Below are positions 42,873 to 52,069 of a DNA stretch of 64,000 bases, one piece after another. The DNA is taken from assembly GCA_036679605.1 (NCBI GenBank), contig JAZDCZ010000386.1:123359-187358 (forward strand), in the 5' to 3' direction. Within the stretch, counting starts at the first letter, position 1, and every line of letters begins with the position of its first letter. Origin of the DNA: Gemmatimonadota bacterium (lineage in GTDB: Bacteria; Gemmatimonadota; Gemmatimonadetes; Gemmatimonadales; GWC2-71-9). A model generated the notes under the pieces. The model saw nothing but the letters and a program-made list of their open reading frames with translations. It made no database searches and was not told where the DNA came from. Both the position numbers and the translations under genes were made by a program.

Positions 42873-45116
42873 ATGCCGTTTGCACCCCGCCGCAAGCGCG
42901 AACTCATTGCGATAATCTCTTTCTTGGCGGGAGTCTTCACAGGGCTCGCGCTCTTGCCATGGGATATTACGGGGCCGATCGGGCGCGGCGTGGGACGGAG
43001 TCTCTGGGAATATTTGGGGCTGGGTGGAGCCTTGATTCCGATCCTGGGCATAGTTACCGGTCTCGCCGGTTTCGGACGGTTCCGAGAACTAGGACTCCGC
43101 CGCTCTGCCGTGCTTCTGGCTGGCCTGGTACCACTGGTGCCGTTCGCAGTCGCGCTCATCACAGGTATCCGAGTCTCCGACGATTTACCGGCGAGCTACG
43201 GAGACTGGACCGTTGTCCAGCAACTGGTTGGTGTGATACCTGCGTTCGTTGCAGTCTCGGTCATTTCGATCATAGGAATGGCAGGCGCGGTGATTCTCGG
43301 AGTGATTTCGCTCTCGGGCCTCACGCTCTATACGGTGGATTGGCACCCGTTTCGGAAACTGGCGCCGGGAGAACGAAAGGCGAAGGAAGAGCAGCGCGTG
43401 ATTTCAGCTGCGCGTCCCGCTGCTCCTTCCCCTGAAGTGCCCGACGATCCACCGGTGGCAAAGCGGCCGCCACGAATCAAACGAAAAGCGGCAAAGCCTG
43501 AAGAGGCGCTCGACGAACTTCCGCCCATCGACCTACTCGATGGCAGTGTCGTGGACAGTGGTGCGGTAGATGATGACGCGTTGGAGGAACTCGGAGAGGT
43601 GTTGATCGAAACGCTCGGCACCTTCAAGGTCGAGGGGAAGATAGTGGGGCGCACCACCGGTCCCGTTGTAACGCAATTCGAGATCAAACCTGCACCGGGA
43701 GTCAAGGTTGGAAAGATCGCCGCGCTGGCGGACGACCTTGCCCTCGCGATGCGCGCCAAGTCTATCCGCATCGTGGCACCAATCCCGGGGAAGGCGGCAG
43801 TCGGGGTTGAGGTCCCCAATCCCACCGCGCAAATGGTACCGCTGCGCGAACTGTTGGAGACGCCGGAGTGGGATACGAGTCGGTCGGTGCTGCCCGTCGT
43901 TCTGGGGAAAGACCTGGAGGGGAAACCGCGCATAGCAGATCTGGCCAAGATGCCGCACTTGCTGATCGCCGGTGCCACGGGCTCGGGTAAGTCGGTTTGC
44001 ATCAACACGATCATTACCAGCCTGGTCTACCGCTACACTCCGCGCGAACTGCGCATGCTCATGATCGACCCCAAGATGGTCGAGTTGTCGATGTACAATA
44101 CGCTGCCACATCTGCGACATCCCGTGGTCACTGACAACAAACAGGCAGCGCAGACATTGAAGTGGGCCATGCGTGAGATGGAACTGCGGTACAAGTTATT
44201 TCACGCAAACACCGCGCGGAACATGAACGATTTCAATCGTAAGGTCATGAGTGGGAAGGAGATGTTTCAGCCAGGGGAGTCGGGAGTAGGGAGTGGGACC
44301 GGTCATGGTAAGGGAAGTGTCGGTGCAGCGGAGAGCGAACGAACACCACTCCCCACTCCCAACTCTCCACTTCCCTATGAGGACGGCGCCCTACCATACA
44401 TCGTAATCATAGTAGACGAGCTTGCCGATCTCATGATGACCGTGCAGGGCGAAGTAGAGAAGCCGCTCGCCATCCTGGCGCAGAAGGCGCGTGCTACCGG
44501 CATACACCTCATACTCGCGACACAACGTCCGAGTGTTAATGTCATCACCGGTCTCATCAAGGCAAACTTTCCCAGCAGGATCGCTTTTCGGGTGGCGTCC
44601 AAGGTAGACAGCCGCACCATTCTCGATCAAAACGGTGCCGAAAGTTTGCTGGGCAACGGCGACATGCTGTTCCTTCCACCTGGAAAGAGCGAACCCATCC
44701 GAGTGCAAGGCGCGTTCATAAGAACGGAAGAGACTGAGGAGGTCATGGCCTGGTACAGCGAGCGCAAGGCCGAACGCGATGCAGAACTCGAGCGCAAGGG
44801 TCTCATGCCTCCGGAGTCGGGCGAGCAGGATATTCTCCAGGTGATAGCGGCCTTGGAGGCCGAAGAGGCGGGAGGGGGTACCGAAGGGGGCGGAAGCGGC
44901 GATTGGGATGTGCTGTTTAGAGAGGCCGCCGAGACGTGTATCAGTAACCAGCTTGGGTCGACGTCGTTGCTGCAGCGCAAACTCCGGATCGGCTACGGTC
45001 GCGCCGCCAGGATCATCGATCAACTATACGAGGCGGGAATCCTCGGCCCGCCCGACGGATCCAAGGCCCGCGAGGTGTTGATTGGGATGGGCGAGATTGA
45101 TGAGTACTGTGACTAG
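42873..45116 (+). CDS. ftsK: DNA translocase FtsK/SpoIIIE, with an in-frame repeat insert
   Basis: N-terminal TMs, HLLIAGATGSGKS, DELADLM, ATQRPSV, gamma domain LQRKLRIGYGRAAR. Confidence 0.96.
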   Translation: MPFAPRRKRELIAIISFLAGVFTGLALLPWDITGPIGRGVGRSLWEYLGLGGALIPILGIVTGLAGFGRFRELGLRRSAVLLAGLVPLVPFAVALITGIRVSDDLPASYGDWTVVQQLVGVIPAFVAVSVISIIGMAGAVILGVISLSGLTLYTVDWHPFRKLAPGERKAKEEQRVISAARPAAPSPEVPDDPPVAKRPPRIKRKAAKPEEALDELPPIDLLDGSVVDSGAVDDDALEELGEVLIETLGTFKVEGKIVGRTTGPVVTQFEIKPAPGVKVGKIAALADDLALAMRAKSIRIVAPIPGKAAVGVEVPNPTAQMVPLRELLETPEWDTSRSVLPVVLGKDLEGKPRIADLAKMPHLLIAGATGSGKSVCINTIITSLVYRYTPRELRMLMIDPKMVELSMYNTLPHLRHPVVTDNKQAAQTLKWAMREMELRYKLFHANTARNMNDFNRKVMSGKEMFQPGESGVGSGTGHGKGSVGAAESERTPLPTPNSPLPYEDGALPYIVIIVDELADLMMTVQGEVEKPLAILAQKARATGIHLILATQRPSVNVITGLIKANFPSRIAFRVASKVDSRTILDQNGAESLLGNGDMLFLPPGKSEPIRVQGAFIRTEETEEVMAWYSERKAERDAELERKGLMPPESGEQDILQVIAALEAEEAGGGTEGGGSGDWDVLFREAAETCISNQLGSTSLLQRKLRIGYGRAARIIDQLYEAGILGPPDGSKAREVLIGMGEIDEYCD
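44274..44375. repeat. Inverted heptamer arrays inside ftsK
   Basis: ggggagt cgggagt agggagt ggg at 44274-44297 and ccactcc ccactcc caactct ccacttcc at 44346-44375. Confidence 0.85.
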
Positions 45117-45184
45117 GGAGTGGGGAGTGGGGAGTGGGGAGTGGGACCTTCCCAAGTTAGGACAACTCCCTACTCCCCACTCTC
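45115..45184. repeat. Inverted GGGAGTN heptamer arrays directly after ftsK
   Basis: agggagt(ggggagt)3ggg, a short loop, then actccct actcccc actctct. Confidence 0.9.
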
Positions 45185-45264
45185 TGTCTTTCCCATGCCC
45201 ATTTTCGTACCACCTTGCGTTGATTTGGTTATTCTCTCGGGACGCCGCCGTGTTATCGTCTCCC

Positions 45265-45663
45265 ATGTCAATCAAGTCCGATCCTGCCAACTGGACCGAC
45301 CCGCGTCACAGGTGTGGCTACGACGGTGAAGAAACCGCAAAGGGTTTCCTAGCGGCCGAGGGGTGGGAGATCCTGGCGCACCGCTTCAGGCTGGGGCGCA
45401 TCGAGATTGACCTGATCGCTCGCAGGGGATCACTCATCGCGTTCGTTGAGGTCAAAACCCGAAAGAGCACCGCGTTCGGGAGCCCGCTAGAGGCCATTAC
45501 CTGGTCCAAGAAGCGCGATATTGTGCGAGTAGCGCGGGGTTGGATGGACCGCCATGGCCGCCCCGACTACGTGTATCGCTTTGATGTGATTGGAGTTACG
45601 CTTTCGCGCGGCGGTATGCAGATCGAACACGTCGAGGACGCATTCAGGCCCGGCTGGCGGTGA
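45265..45663 (+). CDS. yraN: YraN family protein (UPF0102)
   Basis: GEE.A..FL, EIDLIA, FVEVKTR, RFDVI, HVEDAF. Confidence 0.9.
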   Translation: MSIKSDPANWTDPRHRCGYDGEETAKGFLAAEGWEILAHRFRLGRIEIDLIARRGSLIAFVEVKTRKSTAFGSPLEAITWSKKRDIVRVARGWMDRHGRPDYVYRFDVIGVTLSRGGMQIEHVEDAFRPGWR

Positions 45664-45693
45664 GACTGGTTTCGGGATATATTCGGTAATGAT

Positions 45694-45852
45694 AGGGAGT
45701 AGGGAGAATCGAATGTCCAATGTCCAATGTCGAACAAGGAACGTCGAACAATCGAATATCAAAGTGGGGAAGTGGGAATCGGGAGTAGGGAGTCGTGGGA
45801 GTGGTAGCAATGGCATCGGCAGAGAAGGTCCACTCCCCACCCCCTACTCCCC
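45694..45852. repeat. Compound heptamer array upstream of recA
   Basis: agggagt; tcgaatg tccaatg tccaatg tcgaaca aggaacg tcgaaca; gggagt units; closing arm ccactcc ccacccc ctactcc. Confidence 0.85.
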
Positions 45853-45906
45853 AATAGCTTCAAGACTTGAGGAGTACCCAAGAAACTTAGAAGGAGTATC
45901 TAGAGA

Positions 45907-47004
45907 ATGACAACAAGACAGTCCGACAGTGAGCCGGGGACGGGGCTCCCAGAAAACCGCCGCAAGGCTTTGAACCTGGCCATAGCGCAAATAGAAAAGA
46001 ACATCGGTAAGGGCTCGATCATGCGGATGGGTGAGGAGAGAGCCCGGGTGAGGATCGGTTCTATCTCCACGGGCGCAATGAACCTAGATGCCGCGATCGG
46101 GATCGGGGGTATCCCACGTGGTCGAATCACCGAGATCTACGGCCCCGAGTCGAGTGGCAAGACTACACTCGCCCTGCATATCGCTGCGAACGCCCAAGCA
46201 GCCGGTGGTGTCGCCGCCTTTATCGATGCAGAGCACGCATTGGACGTCGAATACGCCATGAAGCTGGGTGTCGACCTCGAAAACCTGCTCGTGTCGCAGC
46301 CCGACACCGGCGAGGACGCTCTGGAGATCGCCGAGATATTGGTGCGGTCCGGCGCTGTAGATGTAGTCGTCGTCGACTCGGTTGCTGCGTTGGTGCCCAA
46401 GGCCGAAATCGAAGGCGACATGGGCGATTCGCACATGGGTCTCCAGGCGCGTCTCATGTCGCAGGCCTTACGCAAGCTCGCCGGAAGTATCAATCGATCG
46501 CGCACTTCAGTGGTCTTTATCAACCAGCTGCGCGAAAAAATCGGCGTCATGTTTGGTAACCCGGAGACAACCACCGGTGGTCGTGCACTCAAGTTCTATG
46601 CGTCGGTGCGGCTCGACGTTCGGAGAATCGGTTCGGTGAAGGAACGTGACGAGATCACTGGCAGCAAGGTTCGGGTGAAGGTGGTGAAGAACAAGGTGGC
46701 TCCGCCGTTCAAGCAGGCCGAGTTCGACATCATGTTCAACGAAGGCATAAGCCACGTCTCGCTGTTGGTCGATATCGGGGTCGAGGCCGGCGTGATAGAT
46801 AAGAGTGGTGCCTGGTACTCCTATGGTAAGGAGCGCATCGGCCAGGGTCGCGAGAACGCAAAACTGTTCCTCAAGGACCATCCGGAGATGGCGGCCGCAG
46901 TCGACGTGAGAGTGAAAGAGTTTCTGGGGATCGGCGAAAGGGCCGTAGACGAAACGGAGTCCGGCGAGAGAGTGGAAGAGACAGTAGAGGCCGACTCAGA
47001 GTAA
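45907..47004 (+). CDS. recA: Recombinase RecA
   Basis: [42 protein letters not shown]. Confidence 0.99.
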   Translation: MTTRQSDSEPGTGLPENRRKALNLAIAQIEKNIGKGSIMRMGEERARVRIGSISTGAMNLDAAIGIGGIPRGRITEIYGPESSGKTTLALHIAANAQAAGGVAAFIDAEHALDVEYAMKLGVDLENLLVSQPDTGEDALEIAEILVRSGAVDVVVVDSVAALVPKAEIEGDMGDSHMGLQARLMSQALRKLAGSINRSRTSVVFINQLREKIGVMFGNPETTTGGRALKFYASVRLDVRRIGSVKERDEITGSKVRVKVVKNKVAPPFKQAEFDIMFNEGISHVSLLVDIGVEAGVIDKSGAWYSYGKERIGQGRENAKLFLKDHPEMAAAVDVRVKEFLGIGERAVDETESGERVEETVEADSE

Positions 47005-47035
47005 CATCGGAACCAACGAACTGTTGAACCGAGCA

Positions 47036-47674
47036 ATGCACATAACAAAGATCCGTACCGACAAACGGGCTCCGGGCAACATCATTGTAGAGGTGGACGG
47101 AGCCCGTTTCGCGAGTGTGCCGGCGGAAGCGGTCTCGGAGCTTCGGCTCCACCCTGGGCAAGAGCTAAAGGACGAACTACGCCAGCGGCTCTCGCACCTG
47201 GGCAACGTCGAGGCGGCCTATCATGTCGCGCTGCGTATGCTTGCCAGCCGCTCGCGCGCGGTCAATGAGTTACTACAGAGATTGCGGCGGCGCGGTCACG
47301 ATCCGGCCGCCGCGTCGCAGGCGGTCGGTCGACTCGAGTCCAGAGGCATGCTGGACGACGTACGATTCTCAGGCCATTTCGCGCGCGTGCGATTGTCCCG
47401 CGGGCACGGACCGCCGCGTGTCCTGTCCGACCTGCTTGCTTGCGGCGTCGATCGCAACATTGCCTCCCGTGCAATCGAAGAGACCCTCGATGCAGAGGGC
47501 ATCGATCCAGTCCGCGACGCCAGGGCAATAGCGGAGAAACGATCCGGCCAACTCGGCGAACTGCCACCGCAGACGAAGAAACGGCGACTGCTGGCGTATC
47601 TGCGGCGGCGGGGATACAGCGGGTACGAGGTGAGCGAGATGGTTGGGGAGGTTATGGCTAAAAACAGGGAGTAG
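47036..47674 (+). CDS. recX: Regulatory protein RecX
   Basis: Follows recA; AL.ML..RSR...EL..RL, G.LDD.RF, YLRRRGY. Start 47024 or 47036. Confidence 0.88.
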   Translation: MHITKIRTDKRAPGNIIVEVDGARFASVPAEAVSELRLHPGQELKDELRQRLSHLGNVEAAYHVALRMLASRSRAVNELLQRLRRRGHDPAAASQAVGRLESRGMLDDVRFSGHFARVRLSRGHGPPRVLSDLLACGVDRNIASRAIEETLDAEGIDPVRDARAIAEKRSGQLGELPPQTKKRRLLAYLRRRGYSGYEVSEMVGEVMAKNRE

Positions 47675-47686
47675 GGAGTGGGGAGT
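47666..47686. repeat. Left heptamer arm of the four-helix-bundle gene
   Basis: agggagt agggagt ggggagt; contains the recX TAG stop. Confidence 0.9.
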
Positions 47687-47688
47687 AG

Positions 47689-48048
47689 GTGAACAAGTAC
47701 AAATCTCTTATTGCATGGCAGAAGGCTCATGAGGCGGCAGCACTCACGCTGATCACCACCGACAAGGCGTACCATCCCCGGCACTTCTGTGTGTTCGACC
47801 AGATCCGACGAGCCGGCGTGTCTATCGAAGCAAACGTGGTAGAAGGTTACGCGCTGGGCACCACGCCACTATTCCAGAGGCATCTGAGGATCGCCATCGG
47901 ATCGGCAGCAGAGGCCGAGAGTCTAGTCAGGCTTGCGGGGCGGGTTGGATATCTAGATCGGGCGGACGTAGAGGCGCTCGTGGCCCTTTATGGCGACGCT
48001 ATGAGGGCTGTCCGGGGACTGCAGAAGAAGCTGCGCTTGAAGAAATAG
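47689..48048 (+). CDS. Four-helix-bundle protein (23S rRNA IVP / TIGR02436-like)
   Basis: YKSLIAWQKAHE, DQIRRAGVSIEANVVEG, F..HL.IA.GSAAE are typical family motifs; 119 aa. Confidence 0.9.
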   Translation: MNKYKSLIAWQKAHEAAALTLITTDKAYHPRHFCVFDQIRRAGVSIEANVVEGYALGTTPLFQRHLRIAIGSAAEAESLVRLAGRVGYLDRADVEALVALYGDAMRAVRGLQKKLRLKK

Positions 48049-48059
48049 CTTGATTTTCC

Positions 48060-48087
48060 ACTCCCCACTCCCCACTCCCTACTCTCC
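48060..48087. repeat. Right (inverted) heptamer arm of the four-helix-bundle gene
   Basis: actcccc actcccc actccct actctcc. Confidence 0.9.
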
Positions 48088-48127
48088 GAGCGTGTATTAC
48101 CTTTCCCCCAATGAAATCCGGTCCCCC

Positions 48128-50782
48128 ATGAAATCCGCCCAAATCCGCCAATCGTTCATCGATTATTTTGCCAGTCGTGGGCACACGCATGTCGCGTCGT
48201 CCTCGCTGGTGCCGGCGGGCGATCCTACTCTGCTGTTTACCAACGCGGGGATGGTCCAGTTCAAGGGCGTATTCCAGGGTCTGGAGATGCGTGACTACCG
48301 TCGGGCTGTGACGGCGCAGAAGTGTGTGAGGGCCGGCGGCAAGCACAATGATCTGGAACAGGTGGGACACACTGCTCGGCATCACACGTTCTTCGAGATG
48401 CTGGGGAATTTCTCGTTCGGCGAATACTTCAAGCGCGAGGCGATCGAGTACGGCTGGGAGTGGGTCACGAGTGAAGACTACCTCGGCATTCATCCGGACA
48501 GAATCTACGTCTCGGTACACCACACCGATGATGATGCGCGCAGGTTGTGGACCGAAGTAACTGGGATCAGCGATTCGCGCATCTACGGTATGGGTGATAA
48601 GGACAACTTCTGGCAGATGGGTGATACTGGGCCGTGCGGTCCGTGCTCCGAGCTTTTTGTAGATATCCGACCGCCGGCACAACGGTCCACCAACGCCCTG
48701 GACACCGAACAGTTCATAGACTTGAACGAAGCGGGCGAGCTGTTGGAGATCTGGAACCTGGTCTTTATGCAGTTCGACCAGGCACCGAACGGAACGCGTA
48801 CGCCTCTGCCGGCGCCCGCGGTAGATACGGGTGCCGGACTGGAGCGAATCGCGGCGGTCATGCAAGACGTCCCGTCGAATTTCGACACGGATTCCTTTAC
48901 CGAGATCATCCGTTGTGGCGAAGAGGTCGTCGGACAGCAGTACGACCGTGGCGCCGATGGTGCAAGCTTCCGCGTTTTGGCGGATCATGCGCGCGCCGTA
49001 GCATTCTTGCTGGCCGACGGTGTGTATCCCTCGAACGAGGGACGGGGCTATGTGTTACGACGTATTCTGCGGCGCGGAGTGCGGCACTCGTATCTCATGG
49101 GGCGCTCTGAGCCGACGCTCGTGCACCTGACCGATGTAGTGGTAAACCAGATGGCAGAGTTCTACCCTGAACTCGACGAGAAGCGATCGCACATCGAGAG
49201 CGTGACGCGAGCCGAGGAAGAACGATTCTTGGAGACTATCGAAGACGGCCTCAAACGATTGGATGAAATCACAACCGCTTCAACCGGGACGATCGCGGGG
49301 TCCGATGCGTTCAAGCTGTACGACACATACGGCTTCCCGATCGATCTGACACAGATCATCGCAGCAGAGCGCGGCTGGAAAGTGGACCAAGCGGGCTTCG
49401 AGGTGGAACTCGAGCAGCAACGCCAACGCTCGCGCAGTGCGCGTGCCGGCGGCACGACGGTCGGTCAGCCGAACCACTCCCCACTCCCCGGGGTGGTGGG
49501 GAAGGGCGGGGCAAAGTTCACGCGTGTGAAACCGAGAGTGCGACAGAAGTTTGTCGGCTACGAGACGACTCGGGCCGATACGGAGGTGATCGCGTTTCGT
49601 CAGTCGAACGATCAGCTTGAGTTGATTCTGCGCGAAAATCCATTCTATGCAGAGTCCGGCGGTCAGGTGAGTGACACCGGTATAGTGAAGGGTGACGGCT
49701 GGGAACTGCCCGTCACCGATGTCCGTAAGGAAAAAGAAAAGCAAGTGGTCGTGGGACCGTTTACCGGACAGTGGGAACCGACCGATGTGGAGGCGATAGT
49801 AGAAGAGCCTCGTAGACGAGATATCGAGCGCAACCATACGGCGACACACTTGGCGCACGCAGCGCTCCGCAACGTGCTTGGCACGCATGTTCGTCAGGCC
49901 GGGTCGGTTGTCTCGCCGGGTCGCCTCAGATTCGACTTCTCGCACCACGCGCCCGTCACGCAGGAACAGCTGGCGCAGATTGAAGAAGATGTGAACCGTG
50001 GCATCTGGGCGAACGTCGCGGTCGAGACCCATCAGATGAGGTACCCTGATGCGCTTGCAATAGGAGCGATGGCGCTGTTCGGTGAGAAGTACGGTGATGT
50101 AGTGCGAGTGGTAGACGTTCCCGAAATCTCAGTCGAGTTATGTGGCGGCACGCATGTAAGGAGCACCGGTCAGATCGGACTGTTCCACTTTACAGCCGAG
50201 ACGGGAGTAGCGGCAGGAGTGCGTCGTATCGAGGCAGTTACCGGCCCGGGCGCATACGGACGCGTCAAGCAATTGGACGACCGCGTGGAACAGGCCGCCG
50301 AAGCACTGCGCACCAGCCCGGAGCATGTAGCGCGAAAGATCGAGTCGCTGCTTGCTGAAAAGAAGAGATTGGAAAAACAGGTGGAAGAATTGCTCAAGGG
50401 AACAGGGAGTAGGGAGCTGGGAGTGGGGAGTGAACATCACTTGGGCAATGTTGTGCTAACGGTCGAGGATTCAACGATCGCGGATCGTAACCAGATTGGC
50501 CTCATGATGGATGCGTTCCGGCAGCAGAGTAGCAACGCCATTCGCGTCATCTTCACTACCGGCGATCGGGCGGGAATCCACGTGGCGGTTACCGATGATC
50601 TCATCTCGCAGGGAGTAACCGCAAGCGATCTCGTCAAGCGTATTGCCGCCGTTACGAGTGGAAGCGGCGGGGGCCGGCCGCACTTCGCGTCGGGCGGTGT
50701 CGGTGATCCGACGAAGCTGGATGAAGCGCGCAGTAAGACACCCGGAATCGTTGCAGAGCTACTCGGCGTGGAGGGCAGCTGA
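48128..50782 (+). CDS. alaS: Alanine--tRNA ligase
   Basis: DPTLLFTNAGM, RHHTFFEMLGNFSFG, NHTATHL, ELCGGTHV, GGGRP. Confidence 0.98.
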   Translation: MKSAQIRQSFIDYFASRGHTHVASSSLVPAGDPTLLFTNAGMVQFKGVFQGLEMRDYRRAVTAQKCVRAGGKHNDLEQVGHTARHHTFFEMLGNFSFGEYFKREAIEYGWEWVTSEDYLGIHPDRIYVSVHHTDDDARRLWTEVTGISDSRIYGMGDKDNFWQMGDTGPCGPCSELFVDIRPPAQRSTNALDTEQFIDLNEAGELLEIWNLVFMQFDQAPNGTRTPLPAPAVDTGAGLERIAAVMQDVPSNFDTDSFTEIIRCGEEVVGQQYDRGADGASFRVLADHARAVAFLLADGVYPSNEGRGYVLRRILRRGVRHSYLMGRSEPTLVHLTDVVVNQMAEFYPELDEKRSHIESVTRAEEERFLETIEDGLKRLDEITTASTGTIAGSDAFKLYDTYGFPIDLTQIIAAERGWKVDQAGFEVELEQQRQRSRSARAGGTTVGQPNHSPLPGVVGKGGAKFTRVKPRVRQKFVGYETTRADTEVIAFRQSNDQLELILRENPFYAESGGQVSDTGIVKGDGWELPVTDVRKEKEKQVVVGPFTGQWEPTDVEAIVEEPRRRDIERNHTATHLAHAALRNVLGTHVRQAGSVVSPGRLRFDFSHHAPVTQEQLAQIEEDVNRGIWANVAVETHQMRYPDALAIGAMALFGEKYGDVVRVVDVPEISVELCGGTHVRSTGQIGLFHFTAETGVAAGVRRIEAVTGPGAYGRVKQLDDRVEQAAEALRTSPEHVARKIESLLAEKKRLEKQVEELLKGTGSRELGVGSEHHLGNVVLTVEDSTIADRNQIGLMMDAFRQQSSNAIRVIFTTGDRAGIHVAVTDDLISQGVTASDLVKRIAAVTSGSGGGRPHFASGGVGDPTKLDEARSKTPGIVAELLGVEGS

Positions 50783-50787
50783 CCGAC

Positions 50788-51075
50788 GTGGAGAGTTGGC
50801 TTAGGCCGCGACTGCAACAAGCACCAGAATCACTTCGTAGCCGGATTTTGGAAGCGGTCGGTAACACTACTCCCAACTCCACACTCCCCGACAAAGACGA
50901 GGAAGGATTAGCGTCCCTTCTCCAACACATTGCCGAGGGCCTACTAGAGATCGCGAAAGCCGGCGCACCCACACGCGAGACCGCCGTGACTCTGTTAGCC
51001 GCCGACGCGCTGATCACGTTTTCATGTGAGGCGGAGGCGGAAGTGGGGGTGCACAAGTTGGAAGACCTAAGATGA
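50788..51075 (+). CDS. Hypothetical protein
   Basis: 95-aa ORF just after alaS with helical LLAADALIT; contains three heptamer units at 50867-50887. Confidence 0.55.
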   Translation: MESWLRPRLQQAPESLRSRILEAVGNTTPNSTLPDKDEEGLASLLQHIAEGLLEIAKAGAPTRETAVTLLAADALITFSCEAEAEVGVHKLEDLR

Positions 51076-51076
51076 G

Positions 51077-51268
51077 CGGGAAAAGGGAAGCGGCGTAGAA
51101 TATCGAATATTGAACAAGGAATTCTGAATGTCGAAGTGGGGCGAGTACGAGACGAGCATCGAGAAAACGGAAGAAGGGGGTGCACCTTCGATGTTCGAAG
51201 TTCCATGTTCGAGGTTCGATCTTCGATACTCCCCACTCCCCACTCCCCACTCCCCACTCTCTACTCTC
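51077..51268. repeat. Compound heptamer element with a 35-bp imperfect stem and a (ccactcc)n tail
   Basis: 51102-51136 pairs with 51186-51220; followed by about five actcccc-type units. Confidence 0.88.
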
Positions 51269-51291
51269 AATCCTCTTACTTTGTTCTCATA

Positions 51292-52056
51292 TTGATCGAC
51301 ATCCACTCGCACCTCCTTCCGGCAATTGACGACGGCTCACGCTCGGTCGAGCAATCGTTGCAGGTGCTCGAGTGGTTTGCGACGGAGGGTGTAACGGACG
51401 TCATACTCACACCGCATGTGCGAGCGAGTGAATTGGCTCACGACCCTGACGATTCGTTGGAGCGGAGAGCGATTGCCTTCGATGCACTCAAGGCGCATGC
51501 ACCAGATTCTCCGAAGTTGCACCTCGGCTTCGAGATCATGCTGGATCAACCGTTGCCGACTCTTGTCATGGGAGATCGGCGGTTCTCTCTTGCGGGATCG
51601 CGCTACTATCTCGTGGAGTTCCATTGGTCTATCGCGATACAGTCCGCCGAGGCGGCGCTGCGAAAGATTTCACAGGCGGGTGCAATTCCCGTGGTGGCGC
51701 ATCCAGAACGTTATGACTCATGCGGCCCGCAAGCGGCAACAGCATGGTGTGCGGCAGGTGCCAGAATGCAGGTCGATGCTACGACGCTTGTCCGGTCGAG
51801 TCTGCGCGGGCGAAGAGCAAGGCAACTCGTGGCGCACGGATTGGCTAGCGTGGTCGCGGCCGATAACCACGGCGGCGACCGCTGCATCAGCACCGCCGTT
51901 CGGTTTCTCGAGGAACGCGGCGCACCGGAGGCGGCGCACTGGCTCTCCACAAAGAACACCGCTGCAATGTTGCAAGATCGCGATGTCACGGACGTTCCAG
52001 CTATCTCGTTGCGTGAAGACGTGTGGAACCGCATCAAGCACATCATGGGACGGTGA
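51292..52056 (+). CDS. CpsB/CapC family PHP-type tyrosine-protein phosphatase
   Basis: IDIHSHLLP.IDDGS, LTPH, YYLVEF, VAHPERY, DNH; TTG start chosen. Confidence 0.88.
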   Translation: MIDIHSHLLPAIDDGSRSVEQSLQVLEWFATEGVTDVILTPHVRASELAHDPDDSLERRAIAFDALKAHAPDSPKLHLGFEIMLDQPLPTLVMGDRRFSLAGSRYYLVEFHWSIAIQSAEAALRKISQAGAIPVVAHPERYDSCGPQAATAWCAAGARMQVDATTLVRSSLRGRRARQLVAHGLASVVAADNHGGDRCISTAVRFLEERGAPEAAHWLSTKNTAAMLQDRDVTDVPAISLREDVWNRIKHIMGR

Positions 52057-52069
52057 TCGATGGAGGTGG

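Noticed and set aside
45709..45765. LexA/SOS box upstream of recA from the cgaac motifs
   Set aside because: No CGAAC-N4-GTTCG palindrome or other clean box; the motifs are explained by the TCGAANN heptamer array, which also occurs at 51.1 kb.
47689..48048. Diversity-generating retroelement suggested by the Avd-like fold
   Set aside because: No reverse transcriptase and no template/variable repeat pair seen; the Uma2 paralogs are two full-length genes, not a TR/VR pair.
50652..51312. Minus-strand ORFs beginning MGSGEWGV, and repeat-derived N-terminal extensions of yraN, alaS and the phosphatase
   Set aside because: They are translations of heptamer arrays; better starts exist where conserved motifs begin.
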